A DNA stretch of 32,000 nucleotides, taken from contig NC_010628.1 in NCBI RefSeq assembly GCF_000020025.1, positions 5,730,001 to 5,762,000 on the forward strand. Direction: 5' to 3'. Made by a program: the position numbers and the translations under genes. The DNA is from Nostoc punctiforme PCC 73102. GTDB lineage: Bacteria; Cyanobacteriota; Cyanobacteriia; Cyanobacteriales; Nostocaceae. Position 1 is the first letter of the stretch; every line of letters begins with the position of its first letter. Under the pieces are notes generated by a model that ran no database searches, had not been told where the DNA came from, and worked only from the letters and a program-made list of their open reading frames with translations. This document shows positions 8,267 to 16,010 of the stretch, piece by piece.

Positions 8267-9835
8267 ATGGCTCGCACTACTACTTTGCCTGTTGCTCAAA
8301 AGCCTTTGACAAACAATGTTTACATTGATGGAATTCTCTGGGGCGGGAAGTATTATTCTTCTTCAGGTTCATCGGTAACAAGGATTGATTACTCTTTCTG
8401 GAACTCAACAGCCGCAAGTTTTGATGATCCCTACAAGAACAAAGCCACAAACCCCAATGACTGGTTTCCTGAAGGAAAAGATTCCTTAATAAAAGCTCTA
8501 GATGCTTGGGCAGCAGTTGCTAATATTCAATTTGTAGATGCTGGGGATAATAAAGAATCTGCTACTCTGGGCTTCTATAACCTAAATAATGCTGATTTGG
8601 GCGATTACCTATTCGGAGAGTTCAGCCCTCCTGGAGAAAATGGACAGGGAATAGGTTATTTTAATCGAGAAGCATTGGGTGGAAATGTTGCTGGGGCTCC
8701 AGGTACCCTTAACTTTGCCGTTTTAATTCATGAACTAGGACATGGATTAGGGCTGGCTCACCCTCACGATAATGGAGGAGGTTCGCCAATTTACCCAGGG
8801 GTTACTTCACCTTTTAGAAGTTTAGGAAACTTGGGCTTGAACCAGGGTATTTACACTACTATGTCCTATAATTCTGGGTTTTACAGTCAGAATGGTAACC
8901 AAGAGAAACTGGGCTACGGACTTGAAAGCACACCTATGGCGTTTGATATTGCTGCTATTCAGTATCTCTACGGCCCAAATAATAGCTACAAAACTGGTAA
9001 CGATACATACTACTTGCCTAGTGTCAACCAATCTGGTACTAGTTATTCCTGTATTTGGGATGCTGGTGGGGTTGATACAATTAATGGCATTAGCGCACAA
9101 TCGGATGTGACGATCGATCTCAATGATGCCTCCCTGAATACTGCTCAAGACGGCGCAGGTGCTGGTGGTTATGTGTCTTCCGCCAAGGGCATTTTTGGAG
9201 GATTTACCATTGCTAACAGCGTGGTGATTGAAAACGCTACTGGCTCTAATTTTAACGATCAAATTATAGGTAATGAATTTAGCAATAGTTTAGTTGGCAA
9301 TGATGGTAATGATACTATTGACGGTGGTGCTGGCAGTGATACCATCAATGGTGGCAATGGCAACGACAGATTAATTGGTCGTGCTGGCAGCGATCGCTTA
9401 ACTGGTGGTACTGGCAATGATGTTCTTATCGGTGGCGCTGGCAATGACGTTCTTCTTGGTGGTACGGGTGCCGACCGTTTTCTTTACGATACAGAAGGTG
9501 CATTTGCTAGGGCTGATGTCGGTCAAGATACCATCAGCGACTTCAATCGCTCCCAAGGCGACAAAATTGTACTTGATAGGACTACCTTTACCGTACTCTC
9601 TTCTACTTCAGGTAATAGCTTGGCTGCCAATGATTTTGCAATTGCGGGTCTTGATATTCTAGGTATCCCACTGACTGGAGAATTACTGAACGCTAAGATT
9701 GTTTACAATTCTACAAATGGGTCTTTGTATTACAACCAAAATGGTACGGCGGTCGGCTTCGGCAGTGGTGGTCTATTTGCTACTCTTTCTAATGAGCCAA
9801 CTTTGGCAGCCAGTGACTTTATCGTGCAAGCATAG
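8267..9835 (+). CDS. Serralysin-like (M10B) zinc metalloprotease with RTX calcium-binding repeats
   Basis: HELGHGLGLAHPHD zinc site, TTMSY Met-turn, then about 7 GGxGxD nonapeptide repeats (GNDGNDTIDGGAGSDTINGGNGNDRL...). No N-terminal signal peptide, consistent with type I secretion. Confidence 0.85.
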   Translation: MARTTTLPVAQKPLTNNVYIDGILWGGKYYSSSGSSVTRIDYSFWNSTAASFDDPYKNKATNPNDWFPEGKDSLIKALDAWAAVANIQFVDAGDNKESATLGFYNLNNADLGDYLFGEFSPPGENGQGIGYFNREALGGNVAGAPGTLNFAVLIHELGHGLGLAHPHDNGGGSPIYPGVTSPFRSLGNLGLNQGIYTTMSYNSGFYSQNGNQEKLGYGLESTPMAFDIAAIQYLYGPNNSYKTGNDTYYLPSVNQSGTSYSCIWDAGGVDTINGISAQSDVTIDLNDASLNTAQDGAGAGGYVSSAKGIFGGFTIANSVVIENATGSNFNDQIIGNEFSNSLVGNDGNDTIDGGAGSDTINGGNGNDRLIGRAGSDRLTGGTGNDVLIGGAGNDVLLGGTGADRFLYDTEGAFARADVGQDTISDFNRSQGDKIVLDRTTFTVLSSTSGNSLAANDFAIAGLDILGIPLTGELLNAKIVYNSTNGSLYYNQNGTAVGFGSGGLFATLSNEPTLAASDFIVQA

Positions 9836-10037
9836 TTACTTAACTTCAATATTTTAATAAAATCTGCACGCCAATTTTGATTGATGCTCGCCTAGCGAAT
9901 CCAGAGGTAGAAACGCATTTCCCGCATTTCTCACAAGCTTGAGGGGCAGAGGGGAAAGAACAAGGCACATTAAACTCTCCTCTGCTCAAGCGCTCAAGCG
10001 CAGGCTTAACCGAGATGTGGTGAGAAATCCGGGATTT

Positions 10038-10067
10038 GAGATTTTAGATTGTTCAATCCAAAATCTC
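10038..10067. repeat. Hairpin repeat between convergent genes (weak bidirectional terminator candidate)
   Basis: gagattttagatt / aatccaaaatctc form a 13-bp stem with one mismatch and a 4-nt loop. No clear U-tract on either strand. Confidence 0.35.
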
Positions 10068-10089
10068 AAATGTCAAATTACTTCGTTTT

Positions 10090-10485
10090 CTATGCAGGTT
10101 TCCCATTTTTATCTGATGCTTGTTCTGCAAGATTTTTTAAGCGGGTTGACCTGATTTTGCGGAGGCGATCGCTATTACGAACACCACCCGCCATTTCATA
10201 TTCAGCGCTGTCTTTGCCGTACTTGATAGCAACCACCATTAACATTTTCTCAGAAAGCTGTTTCAAGTTTTTTTCCATTTCTTCAACTTCTGTTAAAGTA
10301 GAGTCAACTATAGCCAGAGCGCTATTATGAACATCAATTTTATTACGTAACTGTTCGATTGAATCAATCAGTTTTTCTAAAGTATAATCTTCTTCAAATT
10401 TAATGCTGGGAATAATCGATTTCATCCCAGATGCTCTTAATTCAGCTTTTTCTAAAACGCGGGATGTACGTTTTTGACGAGACAT
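10090..10485 (-). CDS. Hypothetical coiled-coil protein (131 aa)
   Basis: ATG start with aagag 9 nt upstream; helical, heptad-rich, basic N- and C-termini. I recognise no domain. Confidence 0.6.
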   Translation of the reverse strand: MSRQKRTSRVLEKAELRASGMKSIIPSIKFEEDYTLEKLIDSIEQLRNKIDVHNSALAIVDSTLTEVEEMEKNLKQLSEKMLMVVAIKYGKDSAEYEMAGGVRNSDRLRKIRSTRLKNLAEQASDKNGKPA

Positions 10486-10606
10486 AAATTTGCTCTTTTA
10501 AGATACTTCTAGAGCTAGCTTGCCTCAATTAAGCCTGATTTCGGTTCAGCATAAATCGCAATTTCTGCTCGCAAAATTTTTAGCTTATACCAGTAATATC
10601 CCGGTA

Positions 10607-10612
10607 TATAAT
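10607..10612 (+). promoter_or_regulatory. Consensus -10 hexamer TATAAT at the head of the 21-bp array
   Basis: tataat ends 5 nt before the ATG at 10618. A transcript from here would carry the whole array and run into the Uma2 gene and urtE. The -35 region (cttata) is poor. Confidence 0.3.
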
Positions 10613-10652
10613 TACTCATGTACGAAGGCAAGAGGCAAAAGGTAGGAAACAC

Positions 10653-10862
10653 GAGAGTAGTCGTTACAGGCTTGGGAGTAGTCGTTACAGACTTAGAAGT
10701 AGTCGTTACAGACTTGAGAGTAGTCGTTACAGGCTTGAGAGTAGTCGTTACAGACTTGAGAGTAGTCACTACAGACTTGAGAGTAGTCACTACAGACTTG
10801 AGAGTAGTCACTACAGACTTGAGAGTAGTCGCTACAGACTTGGGAGTAGTCGCTACAGACTT
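10653..10862. repeat. Tandem array: 10 complete copies of a 21-bp unit (gagagtagtcgttacagactt)
   Basis: Hand-indexed units at 10653, 10674, 10695 ... 10842, then a partial unit. Variants are ordered along the array (cgtt x5, cact x3, cgct x2). Confidence 0.95.
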
Positions 10863-10970
10863 GGGAGAAATGGCTTCAGTATTCTAATAAAGTTTACTGG
10901 TATATCTATTATCTTGCGGCACAATCCAGGGGCAGCGATGGTAAAGTCAAATATATGTGGAGGTAGTACT

Positions 10971-11642
10971 ATGACTCAAACCCTACCCAAGTTAGTAACC
11001 TTTGAACAATTTATCGAGTGGTACCCCTCAAACGGGGCGCGATATGAACTACATAAAGGAGTCATTGTAGAAATGCCACCCCCAAGTGGTGAACACGAAA
11101 ATGTTGTTGGATTTTTGGCGGCACAAATAACCCTCCAGTTCTTGCAAATGGGGCTTCCGTTTTGTATCCCCAAAACTGCCTTTGTCAAAATTCAGAGCAA
11201 TAACTCAACCTATTCTCCTGACATTTTGCTATTAAACCATGACAATCTCGTGAATGAACCTTTGTGGAGCAAGCAATCAACCGTTATTCAAGCTGCATCT
11301 ATCCCACTAGCTGTTGAAGTTGTGAGTCAGTGCGTTGCGCGGGTTCCCCGCGTTGAAGCAACTGACGAACCCGTAAGGGTTAGCACCAACTGGCGAGACG
11401 ACTACTATGACAAGTTCAGGGATTACGAAGAGATGGGGATTCCTGAGTATTGGATTGTAGACTATGCTGCGATCGGTGGCAAAAGATTTACTGGTAATCC
11501 TAAACAAAAAACTATTACAATTTGCGAATTAGTTGAGGGAGATTATCAAATGACTGTGTTTAGAGAAAATAATTTTGTTGTATCGCCTTTATTCCCCCAA
11601 CTCAATTTGACAGCACAACAAATTTTTGATTCTGCTTTGTAA
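10971..11642 (+). CDS. Uma2-family (DUF820) putative endonuclease carrying an in-frame repeat insertion
   Basis: ATG at 10971 with ggagg 7 nt upstream. Family-typical motifs: FEQFIEWYP, YELHKGVIVEMPPPSGEHE, AVEVVS...TNWRDDY, GIPEYWIVDY. The track start at 10914 is a TTG extension. Confidence 0.8.
   Translation: MTQTLPKLVTFEQFIEWYPSNGARYELHKGVIVEMPPPSGEHENVVGFLAAQITLQFLQMGLPFCIPKTAFVKIQSNNSTYSPDILLLNHDNLVNEPLWSKQSTVIQAASIPLAVEVVSQCVARVPRVEATDEPVRVSTNWRDDYYDKFRDYEEMGIPEYWIVDYAAIGGKRFTGNPKQKTITICELVEGDYQMTVFRENNFVVSPLFPQLNLTAQQIFDSAL
11328..11384. repeat. 57-nt small dispersed repeat inserted in frame in the Uma2 CDS
   Basis: Encodes QCVARVPRVEATDEPVRVS between EVVS and TNWRDDY. 11328-11361 is the reverse complement of 8024-8057 at 31 of 34 positions; contains the cgcggg/cccgcg hairpin. 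Confidence 0.75.
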
Positions 11643-11674
11643 GTTTCGGTTTTAATACAAACGGAATTTTATTT

Positions 11675-12373
11675 ATGCTTAAAATCTCTAACCTCAACGT
11701 TTATTACGGCGAAAGCCACATTCTCCGCAACGTAGATTTAAGCGTACCATCTGGGCAAATGGTCTGCCTAATCGGACGCAATGGTGTAGGTAAAACTACC
11801 CTACTCAAAACCATCATGGGTTTACTCAAACCCCGTAGCGGTACTATTAACTTAGCTGAAGAATTAATTAACTCCAAATCCCCAGACCAAAGAGCAAAAT
11901 TAGGAATTGGTTATGTCCCCCAAGGGCGAGAGATTATCCCCCGTTTGACAGTCAAAGAAAATCTGATGCTGGGGTTGGAAGCTAGACGCAAACCAGTAAA
12001 AAAAGCAGAAATTCCAGAGGAAGTTTTTAGCTTATTCCCGGTGTTAAAAACCATGCTTTCACGGATGGGTGGTGATTTGAGTGGGGGACAGCAGCAACAA
12101 TTAGCGATCGCACGTGCTTTAATGGGAGAACCTCAATTACTCGTCTTGGATGAACCCACCGAAGGTATTCAACCCTCAATCATCCTCGAAATTGAAGCCG
12201 CAGTCCGTCGCATTGTCGAAACCACAGGCATTTCGGTTTTATTGGTAGAGCAACATTTACACTTTGTCCGTCAGGCTGATTATTATTACGCCATGCAAAA
12301 AGGTGGTATTGTCGCCTCCGGTTCCACAGCCGAACTCAGCCAAGATGTGATTCAGCGCTTTTTAGCTGTTTAA
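11675..12373 (+). CDS. urtE: Urea ABC transporter ATP-binding protein UrtE
   Basis: 232 aa, LivF-type ATPase: Walker A GRNGVGKTT, signature LSGGQQQQLAIARAL, Walker B LLVLDEP. Confidence 0.88.
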   Translation: MLKISNLNVYYGESHILRNVDLSVPSGQMVCLIGRNGVGKTTLLKTIMGLLKPRSGTINLAEELINSKSPDQRAKLGIGYVPQGREIIPRLTVKENLMLGLEARRKPVKKAEIPEEVFSLFPVLKTMLSRMGGDLSGGQQQQLAIARALMGEPQLLVLDEPTEGIQPSIILEIEAAVRRIVETTGISVLLVEQHLHFVRQADYYYAMQKGGIVASGSTAELSQDVIQRFLAV

Positions 12374-13088
12374 TTTTTGAGATTTCTATATCAACAGTGT
12401 CAGAAGCAATCAAATCTGCGGCTTCTTGTAAAAGCTCATTTTGTTCCTTTTGAATTGCTTCTAAGCGATGAGAAATTTCTACTAATCGTTGTTTTTTATT
12501 TGGTTGAAAATTTTCAGGTAACAAAGCTGGCAGATTATCAGTTGTTTTAGTAGCCGTAAATTGTTGAACAGCAAAACTGCCGACTTTAGTTAAGGATAAA
12601 AAACTAACTTTAATCAAAGCCTGAAGCAATTTTAACGGAACTTGGAGTATTGACCAACTAGCTGTTTCAATCAAGCGGACAATTGCTTTGATAATGCTCC
12701 AGACGAGAGCAAGTGCAAACAAAAAAATCACTATACTAATAATCGGGTGATTAGTTGCCCAACCTAGTATTTGAACTAACCTAAAAAATATCGGGTGTTG
12801 TGTCAGCCAATCACTTACAGAAGATGCCATTACATCTTTAACTGCGCCCGATGTTGTAGTTTTAAATTTATCAGCAGTTTGCCAAGTTTGTTCTAAGCTT
12901 GTCGTAACTGTATCAATTGCTTTATCAGTCGTTGTAGTTGCTGTTGCCTTCAAAGACTCCCCAACTTGTTGTGCTGAGTTACTTAAAGAGTTAACATTCT
13001 CACCCACAAAATCTTTCACATTTTGTAAACGTTGCAAAACTCCGTTAGGCAAATGTATGTCTACTTGGGATACCATAAAACATTTCAC
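12336..13088 (-). CDS. Hypothetical membrane protein with Thr-rich N-terminal part and C-terminal coiled coil
   Basis: A GTG start at 13088 overlaps the P450 stop (GTGA); alternative ATG at 13076. Central hydrophobic helices (IISIVIFLFALALVWSII). The 3' end overlaps urtE by 38 nt. Confidence 0.6.
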   Translation of the reverse strand: MKCFMVSQVDIHLPNGVLQRLQNVKDFVGENVNSLSNSAQQVGESLKATATTTTDKAIDTVTTSLEQTWQTADKFKTTTSGAVKDVMASSVSDWLTQHPIFFRLVQILGWATNHPIISIVIFLFALALVWSIIKAIVRLIETASWSILQVPLKLLQALIKVSFLSLTKVGSFAVQQFTATKTTDNLPALLPENFQPNKKQRLVEISHRLEAIQKEQNELLQEAADLIASDTVDIEISKIKQLKSAESHLG

Positions 13089-14398
13089 CGAGGTTGAAAT
13101 CTAACCCGTAACCCATCTTTAGGGCGATTAGTGGGAACAGCAACGACTTCTAAACTTTGATTGGGTAATATCTCCCAATGATAACTACGTAGAAGATGAG
13201 CAGCAACTATCTTCATTTCCATTTTGGCAAAAGCTATGCCAATACAAATGCGTGGACCACCGCCAAAACCAACTAAACTAAAAGGATATTTTTTGTGTTC
13301 TTGCCGTTGAGGACTAAAACGGTCTGGGTCAAAGAGTTCTGGCTCAGAATATATTTCTTCAATTTGGTGAGTAACTCCAATTGAGTAGTATAACTGCCAA
13401 CCAGTAGGTACGTGATAACCATTCAATTCAAAGTCTTTAATCACACCACGAAACCCACCGCCGACAGGTTGATGCAATCTTTCAACTTCCCACAAAACCT
13501 GCTCTAAATAGGGCATTTTCCCCAATTGTTCTAAATCCAAATCGCCTTGACTTGCAAGTTGTAATTGTTCAACTCTAGCTTTTTCAAGTACTTCTGGATG
13601 ACAGGCTAACTCTGTACACAACCAAGTAAGCATCGAAGTAGTAGTTTCATGTCCAGCGAAGAGTAACAGCACCGCTTGGGCAATGATTTCTTTTTCACTT
13701 AAACTATTACCATCTTCATCCTTAGCTTTGATTAACAGGCTGATGGTATCTTGAGTTGGGTTTTGCTGACGTTCTCTGACAACTTGAGTGAGATGCTCTA
13801 AAATTTCATTACGCGCGGCTATAGCTTTACCAAATGTAGTAAATGGTAGAGGCAACGGATTAATAGCCAACAGTCCATTCGTCAAAGTTGTAAATAACTG
13901 GCTAAGGCGCACACATTCCGGCCCAGGACGTGTACCCAAAAATAATTGACTAGCAATATCAAATGTCAGCTGTTTAAACTCTTGGAACCAAGTAAACTCC
14001 TGTTTTTTCTCCCACTTTTGGAGATAGCTGCGCGTAATATCTTCCATTGTGGAGAAATAACTCGCCAATGCTGGGCCATGTAATGCCGGCATCATCAAGC
14101 GGCGGTTTCTGCGGTGTTCCTCTCCATCTTGGAGAAAAAGCGATTCACCCAGTAATGTCTTGAAATTATCAGGCCATCCCTCGCGCCAAGAAAAATTCTC
14201 GATATGGCTTGACAAAACGAACTCTAATGCCTCCGGACCTGCCATTACTACAGTCGGTCTGCCAAGAAGATGGGTTTTGAAGATGGGCCCATATTGGTGA
14301 TAGCGCTTTTTGGCAAAATCGCGGTCGAAAACAAAGGAGAGTGTTTCACCTAATACAGGCAAACCAAAGCTTCCAGGAGGAATTTGATTAGTTTTCAT
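13085..14398 (-). CDS. Cytochrome P450, CYP120-like
   Basis: Heme-binding FGGGPRICIG, AGHETT I-helix, ExxR. The N-terminus PPGSFGLPVLGETLSF...YGPIFKTHLLG closely resembles my recollection of Synechocystis CYP120A1. Confidence 0.88.
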   Translation of the reverse strand: MKTNQIPPGSFGLPVLGETLSFVFDRDFAKKRYHQYGPIFKTHLLGRPTVVMAGPEALEFVLSSHIENFSWREGWPDNFKTLLGESLFLQDGEEHRRNRRLMMPALHGPALASYFSTMEDITRSYLQKWEKKQEFTWFQEFKQLTFDIASQLFLGTRPGPECVRLSQLFTTLTNGLLAINPLPLPFTTFGKAIAARNEILEHLTQVVRERQQNPTQDTISLLIKAKDEDGNSLSEKEIIAQAVLLLFAGHETTTSMLTWLCTELACHPEVLEKARVEQLQLASQGDLDLEQLGKMPYLEQVLWEVERLHQPVGGGFRGVIKDFELNGYHVPTGWQLYYSIGVTHQIEEIYSEPELFDPDRFSPQRQEHKKYPFSLVGFGGGPRICIGIAFAKMEMKIVAAHLLRSYHWEILPNQSLEVVAVPTNRPKDGLRVRFQPR

Positions 14399-14404
14399 AT
14401 CTCT

Positions 14405-15187
14405 CTAGCTCGAAGCACTAGTATAAAACCGCAACGCAAACCGCCAAAACCAAGTAGAAGCAAAAAACAAGGCTATTGCTAATATTACCGCACCTATCAA
14501 CCAGCTAATTTCACTCCGACCCAACAGCGCTTGGGCTGGTACTGTAGTTAAAAAAGCTACTGGCATCACAAAGGTAAAGAAAAAACGGTAAGCAGTGGGA
14601 TATGCAGCGATGGGATATCGTCCAGCTTCCAATAAACCACGCAACACTTCAGTAACGTTGTATATTTTGACGAACCAGATACTCATTGAACCCAGCATAA
14701 ACCACAGGCTGTATAAAATCACAAAGCTGAACAATAACGGCAGCACACCAAGTAGATAGCCGTTTATCCCTACACCAAGGCGTTTACCTGCATAGCCAAT
14801 GATAATACTACCAAAAATTAGATCCGGCAGTCCCCAAGGTGAAAGGGTATGAGTGGAAAGCCAAAACTGACTGCGGATAGGTTTTAATAATATAAAGTCC
14901 AAAGTGCCTTCTTGAACATGACGGACAATGCGATTCAAGTTAGACGCTAAAAAAGTCGCAGAAAATCCTTGTAGTAAGGTAAAAATTCCTAAAACTACTA
15001 AAGCTGCTTCCCATGACCAGCCACTAAAAGTATAGCCAGTGCGGTAAAACAAGAATAATCCAAAGAGGCTACCCGCAAGATTTCCCAAGCTGGTGAGGGT
15101 AGCGACGAGAAAATTAATCCGATACTCTAACTCAGATGCGATCGCAGCACCCCAAAATAGTCTTAGTACTTTCAAATATCTTTGCAT
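14405..15187 (-). CDS. ABC-2 family transporter permease (DUF990-like)
   Basis: About six hydrophobic helices; N-terminus MQRYLKVLRLFWGAAIASELEYRINF is typical of this family. The ATG at 15187 is preferred over the track start at 15244. Ends 6 nt before the P450 start. Confidence 0.7.
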   Translation of the reverse strand: MQRYLKVLRLFWGAAIASELEYRINFLVATLTSLGNLAGSLFGLFLFYRTGYTFSGWSWEAALVVLGIFTLLQGFSATFLASNLNRIVRHVQEGTLDFILLKPIRSQFWLSTHTLSPWGLPDLIFGSIIIGYAGKRLGVGINGYLLGVLPLLFSFVILYSLWFMLGSMSIWFVKIYNVTEVLRGLLEAGRYPIAAYPTAYRFFFTFVMPVAFLTTVPAQALLGRSEISWLIGAVILAIALFFASTWFWRFALRFYTSASS

Positions 15188-15337
15188 CTTGCACCCATAA
15201 TCCAAAATGTGCCATCTGTCACTAAAATTTCTAAGATTACACAAGAACTTTACGTAAATTTAATATTACTTTTTATTCAGGAAAATTGCTAAACGTTAAG
15301 ATGTGGTGGATATATTGTTGAAAACTAAAAAATTCTA

Positions 15338-15949
15338 ATGCATTTAAATTTACCAGACCTAATTACAAAAATTGGCTACTTTGGGGTATGGGCAATTATC
15401 TTTGCTGAATCTGGCTTGCTAATTGGTTTTTTTCTGCCAGGAGATAGTTTGCTATTTACTGCTGGATTCCTCGCATCTCTTCCAAAATCAGGGTTTAACA
15501 TTTGGGTTCTGATTTTTGGTGCTTTTGTTTGTGCAGTCCTTGGTGATAATGTTGGCTACGCTACAGGACATAAATTTGGCAGAAAATTATTTCAGAAAGA
15601 AGATTCATGGTTGTTTCATAAAAAACACTTGGTAAAAACCCAGGATTTTTATGAAAAACATGGGAAAAAAACACTAGTTTTGGCCAGGTTTACACCGATT
15701 ATTCGCACTTTTGCGCCGATTGTGGCTGGACTTGGTGCGATGCATTACCGAACATTTATGTCTTACAACTTAATTGGTGGCTTTCTTTGGACATTTGGCA
15801 TTACCCTATTAGGATTTTTCTTAGGAAAATCTCTGCCACCTGAACAGGTAGATAAGTATTTGTTACCAATTATTGGATTAATTATAGTTGTTTCTTTAGT
15901 GCCATCAATGATTCATGTAATACAAGAAAATCAAGCAAATAAAAATTAA
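15338..15949 (+). CDS. DedA/VTT-domain family membrane protein
   Basis: Motifs FAESGLLIGFFLPGDSLLFTAG and GKKTLVLARFTPIIRTFAPIVAG are characteristic of DedA. Confidence 0.85.
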   Translation: MHLNLPDLITKIGYFGVWAIIFAESGLLIGFFLPGDSLLFTAGFLASLPKSGFNIWVLIFGAFVCAVLGDNVGYATGHKFGRKLFQKEDSWLFHKKHLVKTQDFYEKHGKKTLVLARFTPIIRTFAPIVAGLGAMHYRTFMSYNLIGGFLWTFGITLLGFFLGKSLPPEQVDKYLLPIIGLIIVVSLVPSMIHVIQENQANKN

Positions 15950-16010
15950 AATATTTTGCGTAATTTATGGAGATTGGAATAAATTAATTTTGAATTTGGA
16001 ACCAAGCGAC

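Noticed and set aside
10515-10811. 98-aa minus-strand ORF (MTTLKSVVTTLKSVV...) across the 21-bp array
   Set aside because: Its start is a GTG in the middle of the array and the frame stays open upstream without any ATG. The openness is a by-product of a stop-free 21-bp unit. I did not call it as a gene; the plus-strand ORF is only flagged as a question in the findings.
10653-10862. Possible CRISPR array
   Set aside because: The units are contiguous with no unique spacers, the period is only 21 bp, and no cas genes are present. It is a plain tandem repeat.
15188-15244. Upstream extensions of track ORFs (15244 for the ABC-2 permease; likewise 17245 for the secreted protein, 20510 for SSADH, 10914 for Uma2 and 15990 for the membrane protein)
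   Set aside because: In each case an internal ATG gives a family-typical or signal-peptide-like N-terminus, with an SD-like purine run where I checked (SSADH, Uma2); the extension adds implausible residues or uses TTG/GTG.
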